DNA of 54,264 nucleotides from an uncultured Erysipelothrix sp. (GTDB lineage Bacteria; Bacillota_I; Bacilli_A; Erysipelotrichales; Erysipelotrichaceae): NCBI GenBank assembly GCA_964429205.1, contig CAYSBB010000001.1, positions 14,416 to 68,679 of the forward strand, read 5' to 3'. Shown piece by piece: positions 38,712 to 48,091 of this stretch (position 1 is its first letter; each line of letters starts with the position of its first letter). The notes under the pieces were generated by a model. It saw only the letters and a program-made list of their open reading frames with translations, ran no database searches and was not told where the DNA came from. The position numbers and the translations under genes were made by a program.

Positions 38712-39561
38712 GTGACTCCTCCTTAATTAATGCAAGTGTTTCAATATAATGATCATATCGAATTTGCGATATTTCTTTATTTTCTAAAGCTTTTTTAACA
38801 GCACATCCAGGCTCTGATTGATGTAAACAATCTCTAAAGCGACATGATGGCCAATATTCTTCAAAATCAGGCACTGAATTCGCGAAACTTACAGGATCTA
38901 AGTGCTTAAAATCAAGTGAAGAAAAGCCTGGTGTATCGGCAACCCATCCCCCTGCAATTTGGTGCAGTTCATTATGGCGTGTTGTATGCTTACCCCGTCC
39001 CAATACTTTTGAGATTTCTTGAGTTTGAAGTTCAAAGGTTTGATCAATACGGTTAATAAGACTTGACTTACCCACACCACTTTGTCCTGCTAAGACGGTA
39101 ATTTTATCTTCAAATACTTCTGTAAATGATACGTCTTGAGTCTTTCTGGAGGTGGCATAAACTTTATAGCCTGATGATTCGTATTCAGATACTATTTTAT
39201 CTATTTCATCTTGATTAATTAAATCTGTTTTATTTAAAACGATAATCGGCTCAATCCCCTCATATGAAACAAGAAAGATCAAACGATCAACCAGTCTATA
39301 TGAAAAGTCAGGTTCTTTTGCGCTCATCACAATCAAAGCTTGATCAACATTGGCCACAAGGGGTCTATTTAAAGCATTCTTACGCTCTAACACCTCTTGG
39401 ATGACCCATTTATTGTCGGTGAACTCAAGTCTTACATGGTCGCCCACAAGCGGTCTTTTACCCAGTCTCAATTTCCCCATCGCAACCGCAATATGGGTTT
39501 CTTGATTAAAATAAACAGTATATTGATTGGAAATATTTTTGATAATAAGTCCTGTCTGCAT
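38704..39561 (-). CDS. rsgA: Small subunit-dependent GTPase RsgA/CpgA
   Basis: NKTD, GQSGVGKSS, RGKHTT, DTPGF, CRFRDCLH..EPGC. Confidence 0.95.
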   Translation of the reverse strand: MQTGLIIKNISNQYTVYFNQETHIAVAMGKLRLGKRPLVGDHVRLEFTDNKWVIQEVLERKNALNRPLVANVDQALIVMSAKEPDFSYRLVDRLIFLVSYEGIEPIIVLNKTDLINQDEIDKIVSEYESSGYKVYATSRKTQDVSFTEVFEDKITVLAGQSGVGKSSLINRIDQTFELQTQEISKVLGRGKHTTRHNELHQIAGGWVADTPGFSSLDFKHLDPVSFANSVPDFEEYWPSCRFRDCLHQSEPGCAVKKALENKEISQIRYDHYIETLALIKEESHD

Positions 39562-41285
39562 TAATCCTGATCTCCTTCTTCTGGTTCAGTCGGTATTTCT
39601 TCTTCTGGTTTTTCTTCAGGGATATCATTTCTATCATAGTAATAAATGGTAATGACACTGTCATCTTTTTGAACATAGGTAGATCCCATCATGGGGTCTG
39701 TTTTAATCACAACACCATAATTGATTTGTGTAATTTCAAAGGCTGTCAGATGACTGATGTCTAAGGATTCAAGTTTAACTTTCACCCCTTGATTTTCAAG
39801 TTGTTGTTTTGCATCTTGAATGTCAATATTATTAAGGTTAGGAATTTGAATTTCTAATTCTTTTGCGACCGTAAGGATTAAATCTAGATTTTGTGTTGGA
39901 CTGATGCGATCACCCTTACTGAGTCCATCTTGTTTCAAGATGGTACCGGGTGTTTCATCTTTTTGGTATTCATAAAGAATGCGTAAATTAATGTTTGTTT
40001 GTTCGTCCAGAAGCTTTTTAATGACTTCTAAGTCTTCACCCACATAATCGCCAATCTCAAAGAATGTTCCCATTGATATCACAACACTGATTTGTGATCC
40101 TTTTTCTATTTCTGTTCCAAATGAAGGATTTGTTTCCATGATTTGGTCAAAGTCATATACATCAGAGAAATCACGTTCTACTTTTGAACTGATATGAATG
40201 TTATTTTCTTGTAAGAAAAGTCTTGCTTCATCTAAAGTCATCCCGCGTACATCTTCTAAGACATACATTTTAGGTTTACTGTTTGCGACAAGCATTGCCA
40301 CAATAGAAACCACAAGGACAACGGTTAAGCCGATCGCAACTTTTGCCATGGAAGAAAGCTTTTTCTTCTTTTTAGGTGCTTGTATTTCACTGACATCTTC
40401 TAAAGTTTCAATGAGTTTTGTTTCCCCTTGATCTTCAAAGGCAGGTTCCCAAATAGATTCATTTCTTCTATCTTCATTTAAGGATGTTTTTAAATCAATG
40501 ATCATCTCATCCACATGACGATAACGGTTAGCGGTATTTTTAGCTGTGGCTTTATTGATAATATTCACAATTGAATTTGGAATATTGGGATTGAATTCTT
40601 TAACACTGGGTGTTTGATCTTTCAACTGTTTCATCGCAATTTCTACAGGCATATCTCCATCAAAGGGTGGGTTACCTGTCAGGATTTCAAAAAAGATAAT
40701 CCCCATCGCATAAATATCTGATTGCTGACTCGCCCCTTCACCCCTTACAAGTTCTGGCGCAAGATAGTGAACAGATCCCATAACAGAATCTACTTTTGTA
40801 AGCTGTAAGGCATCGCCTGCTTGAGCGATCCCAAAATCTGAGACTTTAATGGTCCCATCAGCTTTAACCAAAATGTTTTGTGGTTTAATATCACGGTGAA
40901 TAATACCTTGTGCATGCGCTTTTGCGATGCCATGTGAGAGTTGAAGCATAAAATCAACGGCTTCTTTGACTTCCAGGCTGCCTCTTCTAAATAAGAGTTC
41001 TTTGGCAGTCGGCCCTTTGATATATTCCATGACGATGTATTGGGTGTTTTCACATTCTCCCACATCATATACTTCAACAATATTGGGATGATTCAGGCCG
41101 CTTCCTGCATTGGCTTCTCTTTTAAAACGTAGTAAGGCAACGGGATTATTATTTAAATCTTCTCTGAGTGTTTTGATCGCAACTTCACGATCTAACACCA
41201 AATCTTGCGCTAAGAAAACATCAGCCATTCCACCTGATCCAATTTTCTCTTTTATTTCATAGCGTTTATTCAAAATTCTATTCAT
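39561..41285 (-). CDS. pknB: PASTA-domain Ser/Thr kinase (PrkC/PknB)
   Basis: GSGGMA, VAIK, HRDIKPQN, DFGIA, one TM helix, PASTA-like repeats; start moved to MNRIL. Confidence 0.93.
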   Translation of the reverse strand: MNRILNKRYEIKEKIGSGGMADVFLAQDLVLDREVAIKTLREDLNNNPVALLRFKREANAGSGLNHPNIVEVYDVGECENTQYIVMEYIKGPTAKELLFRRGSLEVKEAVDFMLQLSHGIAKAHAQGIIHRDIKPQNILVKADGTIKVSDFGIAQAGDALQLTKVDSVMGSVHYLAPELVRGEGASQQSDIYAMGIIFFEILTGNPPFDGDMPVEIAMKQLKDQTPSVKEFNPNIPNSIVNIINKATAKNTANRYRHVDEMIIDLKTSLNEDRRNESIWEPAFEDQGETKLIETLEDVSEIQAPKKKKKLSSMAKVAIGLTVVLVVSIVAMLVANSKPKMYVLEDVRGMTLDEARLFLQENNIHISSKVERDFSDVYDFDQIMETNPSFGTEIEKGSQISVVISMGTFFEIGDYVGEDLEVIKKLLDEQTNINLRILYEYQKDETPGTILKQDGLSKGDRISPTQNLDLILTVAKELEIQIPNLNNIDIQDAKQQLENQGVKVKLESLDISHLTAFEITQINYGVVIKTDPMMGSTYVQKDDSVITIYYYDRNDIPEEKPEEEIPTEPEEGDQD

Positions 41286-42006
41286 GTCGGTTTCCCTCAA
41301 TTAAAACAAATGAAATGTTGTCATATCCCCCCGCTTTTAAAGCCAAGCTTTTTAAAAGTTCTGCAGCTTTATCTAAAGGTAAATTAAAGGCTTGTTCCAA
41401 AAAGCCATGATCCACAAAATCATGGAGGCCATCTGTTGAAAGCATTAGATTTTGCCAACCATCCACAACACGGATTGTTTCAAAGTTAATTTCATCTTTA
41501 ATGCCCACCGCATTAATCAAGACATTTCTTCTTGGGTGGTGTGCAATTTCTTCTTTGGTAATTTCATTTTGTAGGTACATTTGATAGGCGTACGTTTGAT
41601 CATGAGAAAGTAAATTTAAGTTTCCATGTCTGAGCTCATAAAGTCTTGAATCACCCACATTAAAACCTAAGGCCCTTTCGCCATAAATTAAGACTGCCAC
41701 AATTGTGGTACCCATACCATGAAATGCTTTTGATTTCATGCTTTTATTAAATACTGCTAAGTTTGCTTTAGCTAAGGTTTTTTCAAACCATGCAATCATA
41801 TCAGCATCATCTTCAAATTTTGGGTTACTTAAGAATGCTTCTTCAAAAATAGAAACCACAAGTTCACTGGCAACATCGCCTGCGCGACCCCCACCAATGC
41901 CATCACAAACAACGCCCAAAAAGCCATAGTCGTTTTCTATGGCGATCACTCTGTCTTGATTGGTTTCACGAACATAACCCAGTTCACTTATCTTTTCGTA
42001 TTTCAA
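41278..42006 (-). CDS. stp: PP2C-type Ser/Thr phosphatase (PrpC/Stp)
   Basis: R..NQD, DGIGG, GMGTT, VGDSR, TDGL, GG.DNIS; likely TTG start. Confidence 0.92.
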   Translation of the reverse strand: MKYEKISELGYVRETNQDRVIAIENDYGFLGVVCDGIGGGRAGDVASELVVSIFEEAFLSNPKFEDDADMIAWFEKTLAKANLAVFNKSMKSKAFHGMGTTIVAVLIYGERALGFNVGDSRLYELRHGNLNLLSHDQTYAYQMYLQNEITKEEIAHHPRRNVLINAVGIKDEINFETIRVVDGWQNLMLSTDGLHDFVDHGFLEQAFNLPLDKAAELLKSLALKAGGYDNISFVLIEGNRHE

Positions 42007-42032
42007 ATTCAATCCTCGTTTCATCTATCATT

Positions 42033-43241
42033 TTACCATTTTTTACGGCAATGTGCGACATAAAACCCGTCCCCTAAGGTTTGAAGTGGATTATAGGTCT
42101 TTTCAAAAATAAGTTCATAATTATCATGTCGTTTTAAGAACTTTTCAATTTGTTTTTCATTTTCTTTTTTATTTAAAGTACAAGTCGCATAAACAAGAAG
42201 GCCATCTTCCTTAATATACTGTGCCACATTATTTAGTATATCTGCTTGAATTTTCTCTAAATCATCAAGATCTGTAGGCTGAATATTGTATCTTAAATCA
42301 TGTTTATGACTCAATACGCCAAGACCACTACAAGGTGCATCAATCAGTACAACATCGAATTCTTCATCAAACTTAACTTCAGCTGCATCCCCTTGAATAA
42401 TAGTCGCATTTTGCACATTGGCACGTTTCATCAAGTCTTGTGTGACTTCAACACGCTTCTCAATGAGATCCACACCAACAATCTTTCCCGTATTTTCTAG
42501 TTTATTCGCAATGCCCAGGGTTTTTGTCCCTGGTGCACAACAACAATCCAAAACATGCATCCCTTTTTCTATGGGCATGGATTTAACAACGGCTTGTGAG
42601 TTGATATCTTGAATCACAATCTGTGCTTTTTCTAAGGCATCACTTCTAAAGACATTTGAACTGACAATGTTTGGATTCTTTTGATCAAAGTAGGTTGATA
42701 AATCATCTGAAGCAACCAGTTTATTAACCCAACCATAAGTAGGTTTAATTTCTTGCACATAATAGGCATAATCACGCGAAAATTCAAAAGAATATTGGTG
42801 TTTTAAAAGATTTAAAATCCAAAGTGGCATACTGGTATCAATTGAGATGCCTTCTAATGTGTCTTTATCTAAAGGTCTTTCTTTTCGATCCACCATTTTT
42901 TTTAATACCGCATTCACAAAGCCTGCGCTGTGTTGTTCTCCAATTTTTTTGGTGAGTTCAACATATTCATTGACCAGTGCATAATCTGGAATTTCATCCA
43001 TTTTAAAGAGTTGGGCAGCGGCCATTAAAAGCACAATATTGACCTTCTTGTTGGGTTTTCTTTTGACTAAGTCTTCAAATTGATAATTTAAATAATATTT
43101 ATTTTGAAGCACCGTATAAACCAGTGCCGATACAAATGATTGATCACTTTCATTCAGTTCAAGTGATTTTAACACAAGGTGTGCATGGTGCCCCTTGTTT
43201 AACACATCATTTAATACATGATAACTTGCTTCTCTTCTCAT
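42033..43241 (-). CDS. rsmB: 16S rRNA m5C967 methyltransferase RsmB/Sun
   Basis: NusB-like N-terminus (FVNAVL), LDCCCAPG.K, DAPCSG.G, YATCT. Confidence 0.92.
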   Translation of the reverse strand: MRREASYHVLNDVLNKGHHAHLVLKSLELNESDQSFVSALVYTVLQNKYYLNYQFEDLVKRKPNKKVNIVLLMAAAQLFKMDEIPDYALVNEYVELTKKIGEQHSAGFVNAVLKKMVDRKERPLDKDTLEGISIDTSMPLWILNLLKHQYSFEFSRDYAYYVQEIKPTYGWVNKLVASDDLSTYFDQKNPNIVSSNVFRSDALEKAQIVIQDINSQAVVKSMPIEKGMHVLDCCCAPGTKTLGIANKLENTGKIVGVDLIEKRVEVTQDLMKRANVQNATIIQGDAAEVKFDEEFDVVLIDAPCSGLGVLSHKHDLRYNIQPTDLDDLEKIQADILNNVAQYIKEDGLLVYATCTLNKKENEKQIEKFLKRHDNYELIFEKTYNPLQTLGDGFYVAHCRKKW

Positions 43242-45389
43242 CTATATAAGTGTTAATGGATTCACATCAACACTGATCCCTCCTTTATGAATGGTGTAGT
43301 AAAGTGTAACCGCATGATTGATATCTTCAAGCATGCCCTTTAAATCAACACCTTTTAATATAATTCTGACTCTTCGTAGATCCGATAATTTCACTAAAGA
43401 AGTCGGTCCCATAATAATCATTTTATCACGCTTTAAGACATTTAAAAATGTGTTCGCGTGTTTTAATGCCACGTTTTCATCTTGATGTGTAAAAGTAATC
43501 GAAATGAGATAACTATAAGGCGGGTATTTTGCGAGTTTTCTATACTTCATTTCTTGATTAAAGAAACGTTTATATTGATTGTGTACCCCATAATAAATCG
43601 CATAGTGATCTTTATTGAAGGTTTGAATCATGACTTCACCTTCTTTGTCACCGCGCCCACTTCGACCCGTCGCTTGTAAAATAAGATTGAAGGTATGTTC
43701 AACCGACCTAAAGTCTTCATAAGCCAGTGTATGATCAATATTCACAATCCCAACTAAAGTCACATTTTCAATATCTAAACCTTTCGCAATCATTTGTGTT
43801 CCCACTAAAATATCATACTTGTGATTGGAAAAATCTGTTAAAATCTTTTCATGGGCGTTTTTTCTTGTGGTTGTATCACGGTCCATACGCACAATGCGTG
43901 CAGTCTTAAAATGAGACTGTAAACCTTCCACAAGACGCTGTGTTCCCACGCCACTTCCTACAAGCTCAAGTGGGAGCCCATCTTCGCCTAAAGGGATCTG
44001 ATTGGTATGATAATCACACTGATGACACTTTAACATACGGTCATGTTTATGGTAGTTCAGTGAGATATCACAGTGTGGACACATCAATACTTGATCTGTT
44101 TTCTTATCTTTTAAAAATGTCATATACCCGCGTCTATTTAAAAGCAGGATGACTTGTTCTTTTTGGTCGAGTCTTTTTTGAATGGCATTCATTAAAGGGG
44201 ATGTTAAAATGGATCCTTCGCCTTGATATAAAGAGTCCTTTGTATCAATGATGGTAACTTTTGGAAAGTTATCATTAATCCGTCTTGGTAGCTCTAAGAG
44301 TGTATACACACCTTTTAAAGCCCTTGCGTAACTTTCTAAGCGCGGTGAAGCACTGCCTAAAATTAGTGGACATTGGTGTGTTTCACTTCTTAAAGTGGCG
44401 ACATCTAATGCATGATAGCTTGGCGTACTGGTTTGTTTATACGATGTGTCATGTTCTTCATCTAAAACAATGAGTCCCAAATTGTCAAAGGGCATAAAAA
44501 GTGCAGAGCGTGTTCCCACCACAATGGATGTTTCATGATTTTTTACGCGAATATATTGTTCGTATTTTTCTTGTTCGTTAAGACCTGAGTGATAAATGGC
44601 GACATCTTCCCCAAAGCGCTCTGATACGCGCTGTATCATTTGTGGTGTCAAGGCAATTTCTGGCACTAAAAATAGGACAGACTTGCCGCGCTTTAAAACA
44701 TCTTTCGCAAGATGGAGGTATACCTCTGTTTTACCAGATCCTGTGACACCGTGTAATAAATACGTATGGGCTTTGTTTAAGTCAATTTTATCTTTAATCG
44801 ATTGTTGTTCTGGGGTTAAAGGAAGTTCTGGATAGGTGTTTTCAATACTTTGTGATACATATCTTGCTTCTTGAGAAACCTTTTTAAAGATGTCTCTTTT
44901 TACAAGCGTGTCATAGCCTGAATAAAAAGTTCTTGCATCTTTGAGTAATACAAAGTCTTGTGCTTTAAATTTTTCAATAAAAGACGCTTGTTTGGGTGTG
45001 AGTTTTTCATCATCCAACTTATTAAACGTTAGTCCTTGAATCTCTTTTGGCTTTTTAAAAGTTGTTCTGGGTCTTAAGCTATTGGGTAAAATTGTTTGAA
45101 AGACGCGTATTAAAGGCGATACATTCATGTGACTCATTTTAAAGGCTAAATCGTATAATTCGTCGTTGATGATGGGTGATGTATCGATTTGTGAATCGAT
45201 GGGTAGAATTTTATATTCAAAATCTTGAAGTGATCCTTCATATACTTTGAGCACAAAACCTACCATCTTGCGACCCTTTACATGCACAAAAACACGCATT
45301 CCTTTTTCAAGATGATAACCATCTGCTGAATACGTTAACGGTGTGTTATACAAGAAACTTTCTTGAATGAGTACATCACAAAATTGCAT
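43242..45389 (-). CDS. priA: Primosomal helicase PriA
   Basis: GVTGSGKTEVY, DEEH, SASP, LNRRGY, GTQMIAKG. Confidence 0.95.
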   Translation of the reverse strand: MQFCDVLIQESFLYNTPLTYSADGYHLEKGMRVFVHVKGRKMVGFVLKVYEGSLQDFEYKILPIDSQIDTSPIINDELYDLAFKMSHMNVSPLIRVFQTILPNSLRPRTTFKKPKEIQGLTFNKLDDEKLTPKQASFIEKFKAQDFVLLKDARTFYSGYDTLVKRDIFKKVSQEARYVSQSIENTYPELPLTPEQQSIKDKIDLNKAHTYLLHGVTGSGKTEVYLHLAKDVLKRGKSVLFLVPEIALTPQMIQRVSERFGEDVAIYHSGLNEQEKYEQYIRVKNHETSIVVGTRSALFMPFDNLGLIVLDEEHDTSYKQTSTPSYHALDVATLRSETHQCPLILGSASPRLESYARALKGVYTLLELPRRINDNFPKVTIIDTKDSLYQGEGSILTSPLMNAIQKRLDQKEQVILLLNRRGYMTFLKDKKTDQVLMCPHCDISLNYHKHDRMLKCHQCDYHTNQIPLGEDGLPLELVGSGVGTQRLVEGLQSHFKTARIVRMDRDTTTRKNAHEKILTDFSNHKYDILVGTQMIAKGLDIENVTLVGIVNIDHTLAYEDFRSVEHTFNLILQATGRSGRGDKEGEVMIQTFNKDHYAIYYGVHNQYKRFFNQEMKYRKLAKYPPYSYLISITFTHQDENVALKHANTFLNVLKRDKMIIMGPTSLVKLSDLRRVRIILKGVDLKGMLEDINHAVTLYYTIHKGGISVDVNPLTLI

Positions 45390-45406
45390 AAAACTCCTTA
45401 AGTGAT

Positions 45407-45432
45407 AAAAAGCAACCCTTATAGAGCTGCTT
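45407..45432 (-). terminator. Terminator-like hairpin overlapping the gmk stop
   Basis: AAGCAGCTC-TATAA-GGGTTGCTT followed by a T tract. Confidence 0.55.
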
Positions 45433-45997
45433 CAATGTTTCTTTTGATAATTAATGAAACCATATCTGCCGCAAACTCCGGATCATCATTACAAATTACA
45501 TAACGGTATTGATTCATTAATTCCATTTCTTTTGCGGCTTTTGAAAGTCGCTCATTTAATATTTCTTCTGACTCCGTACGTCTTCCCTCTAAACGACGGC
45601 GTAATTCTTCCATGCTGGGTGGCACAAGAAAGATGCTCAGTGCATCAGGTACCCTTTCAATCACTTGGAGTGCCCCTTGTACTTCAATTTCTAAAAGTAC
45701 GTTCTTTCCTAAATCACGTAAGCGATTCACCTCTTCAAGTGGGGTTCCGTAGTAATTTCCAACAAATTCTGCATATTCTAATAATTCATCATTTTCAATT
45801 GATTTTTCAAACGCATCACGTGATACAAAGTAGTAATGCTTGCCGTCTATTTCGCCCTCACGTTGTGAACGCGTTGTCATAGATATAGAAAAAGCCAAAT
45901 TTAAATCTTCTCGATTGATAAACAAATCGCGAACAGTTCCTTTTCCGACGCCACTTGGCCCTGATAATATGACTAATAAACCTCTTTTTTTATTCAT
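45419..45997 (-). CDS. gmk: Guanylate kinase
   Basis: GPSGVGKGT, S.TTR..R.GE.DG..Y.F, NYYGT, EIEVQGA. Confidence 0.96.
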   Translation of the reverse strand: MNKKRGLLVILSGPSGVGKGTVRDLFINREDLNLAFSISMTTRSQREGEIDGKHYYFVSRDAFEKSIENDELLEYAEFVGNYYGTPLEEVNRLRDLGKNVLLEIEVQGALQVIERVPDALSIFLVPPSMEELRRRLEGRRTESEEILNERLSKAAKEMELMNQYRYVICNDDPEFAADMVSLIIKRNIEAAL

Positions 45998-46109
45998 TCG
46001 CACCATCCCTTTTAATTATAATACTTACATTCAACCTGTAAGTCAAACTTTTTTCAGTGCGAACGCTTTCTTTTAATCTCTAATCATAAAAGAGCCTGTT
46101 TATGCGCTT

Positions 46110-47519
46110 TTATATCGCCATCCATGTATTCGATTCTTTTTTAAAGACTTCTTTTTTCAAATAGGCTAAGAGTGCATCTTGTGCTTTAATTTTTGTGTTT
46201 GTGTGGTCTTGTCCATATTTTTTAGAAACACCTTGCTGGGTGATATAGGAAACTTGATAACTTTGATCATATATTAAAGGTGCATCTTGTGTATAAATTT
46301 CTTGGATCCTTCGTCCTTTTGGATTTTCAATTTTAAAGTAAATCTTCAAACCAAAGACACGTTTTAAATACCCACCCATCTGTGACATGGGATCACTTGA
46401 AAAAGTACGTTCAATATTTTCTTCTAGCATGTCTTTAATTTCTTGACCCGTTAAAGTGACCTTCATGATATCAGGATTCATTGGGATCATGTTGATGATG
46501 TCATCTTTACTAATTTCTCCTTTTAAAATAACCGGTCCATAACGCCATCCATTTGAAAAGGCAATATTTGTCTTACTGGCCTTACAAATTGCTTCAAGAA
46601 GTAAGGCATCCAAATCACTGTTTAAAACTTCTTTTCGCGCAAGTGGTAACTCTGTTTTACCCACAACACTAAGGTCTTCATCTAAATCTAAAGTATCAAT
46701 GACCGCTAACATAGATGCTGACTCTTCAATCTTTTCATCCAACACAATCAGTTCATGTGAAATGTATTTTACATCTTCATCAAGTGTAATCTCTAACTTA
46801 CCAATAAATGAGCCGTTACTGCCTGATTGAATTAAAACGGTATCGTTAATATAGGTTGGTTCATATAAGCGATTATGGGTATGTGCACTGAGCCATACAT
46901 CAACACCTTTTGTATTTGAAGCAAGATGGACATCTTGTGGGTAACCCATGTGTGAGTTCACCACAATCAAGTCAACCTCATCGCGATACTTTTCACTCAA
47001 AGCATTCACTTCATCTAAACCATCTGTTAAGTAAATACCTTCACTGAAGTTGTCTGGCATTGTTTTATCAATAATGGTGGCACTCAGTCCAATCACAAGT
47101 ATGCTTAAATCACCTTTTTCAATGATTTTATATGCATCGAAAGTAAGACTATCATCATCTTTGTTGTAGACATTACAAGATAAAAAGGGATAGTTTAATT
47201 TAGAAACCAAGTGTTTTAAATGTTTTGGTCCATACGCAAAATCCCAATGGCCACTCATCCCGTCTAATTCAAGATGATTGAGTATGGGAATTAAGATTTC
47301 ACCTTTTGACTTTACGACTGGTTTTGTGCCATGAAAGGTATCTCCACCATCCAACGCTAAAACAGGCCCTTCTTTCTGCGCGTTTTCAATCACAGTTTTA
47401 ATGCGACTATAGCCGCCTGCTTTTTTATATTCAATACCATCTTTCGTGAAGAAGTATTCATCATGTTCTTTAATATAGCCATGCACATCGTTAATCTGTA
47501 AGATTTGTATTTTTTTCAT
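46110..47519 (-). CDS. 5'-nucleotidase/SoxB-like bifunctional metallophosphoesterase, no signal peptide
   Basis: NDVHG, DGGDTFHG, GHWDF, SHMG, AHTH; C-terminal 5'-nucleotidase domain (NGWRYG). Confidence 0.85.
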   Translation of the reverse strand: MKKIQILQINDVHGYIKEHDEYFFTKDGIEYKKAGGYSRIKTVIENAQKEGPVLALDGGDTFHGTKPVVKSKGEILIPILNHLELDGMSGHWDFAYGPKHLKHLVSKLNYPFLSCNVYNKDDDSLTFDAYKIIEKGDLSILVIGLSATIIDKTMPDNFSEGIYLTDGLDEVNALSEKYRDEVDLIVVNSHMGYPQDVHLASNTKGVDVWLSAHTHNRLYEPTYINDTVLIQSGSNGSFIGKLEITLDEDVKYISHELIVLDEKIEESASMLAVIDTLDLDEDLSVVGKTELPLARKEVLNSDLDALLLEAICKASKTNIAFSNGWRYGPVILKGEISKDDIINMIPMNPDIMKVTLTGQEIKDMLEENIERTFSSDPMSQMGGYLKRVFGLKIYFKIENPKGRRIQEIYTQDAPLIYDQSYQVSYITQQGVSKKYGQDHTNTKIKAQDALLAYLKKEVFKKESNTWMAI

Positions 47520-47524
47520 AGTAG

Positions 47525-48005
47525 TCACCTATTTAAATTATAACATAAGTTTTTTTTCATCTTGACGTTACGCAACGTAACACCTTTTCGCACAACTGTT
47601 TGTATCTTATATTTTTGAAAACCATATTTTTCAAAAAAACTTGAAGCAGTTAGACTTGACGTCACAAATATAACTGAAGCACCGCTTTGTATCACTTCAT
47701 TTTCTAATTTGTCTAAAAGTATCTTTCCAATCCCTTTGTTTTGATATTTGTGATGTACAAAGAGTTTGTCTAAAAATTATGATTATTTAAATCTCCAAAT
47801 CCAACAATCTTCCCTTTGTCTTCTACTACGAAACAGATATTTTCTTCAAAACTTTGTTTCCAAAGGGTTCGTTCTAAAACTTTAGGTGCCCAAGCATTGA
47901 GTTGTGATTCTGTATCATCTTTTTTATTGATATTATGGACTGTATTATATAAAATAGTGTCATGATTTCATCTAAATCGATAGCCTGGTAGTTTCTTATC
48001 TTCAA
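47525..48005 (-). pseudogene. GNAT acetyltransferase (YafP-like) with two frameshifts
   Basis: Reconstructed MKIRNYQ..LFY/NTVH.IN..D....QLNAWAP...IVGFGDL../LDKLFVHHKYQNKGIGK...FFEKYGF; +2 nt at about 47947 and -1 nt at about 47773. Confidence 0.85.
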
Positions 48006-48091
48006 ACTGGCACCTTCTTTCATTTTTTTTACCATATTCCTAACACATCTATTTTACCTTAATTTATGATATAATAAGCATTCAAAAGGAC

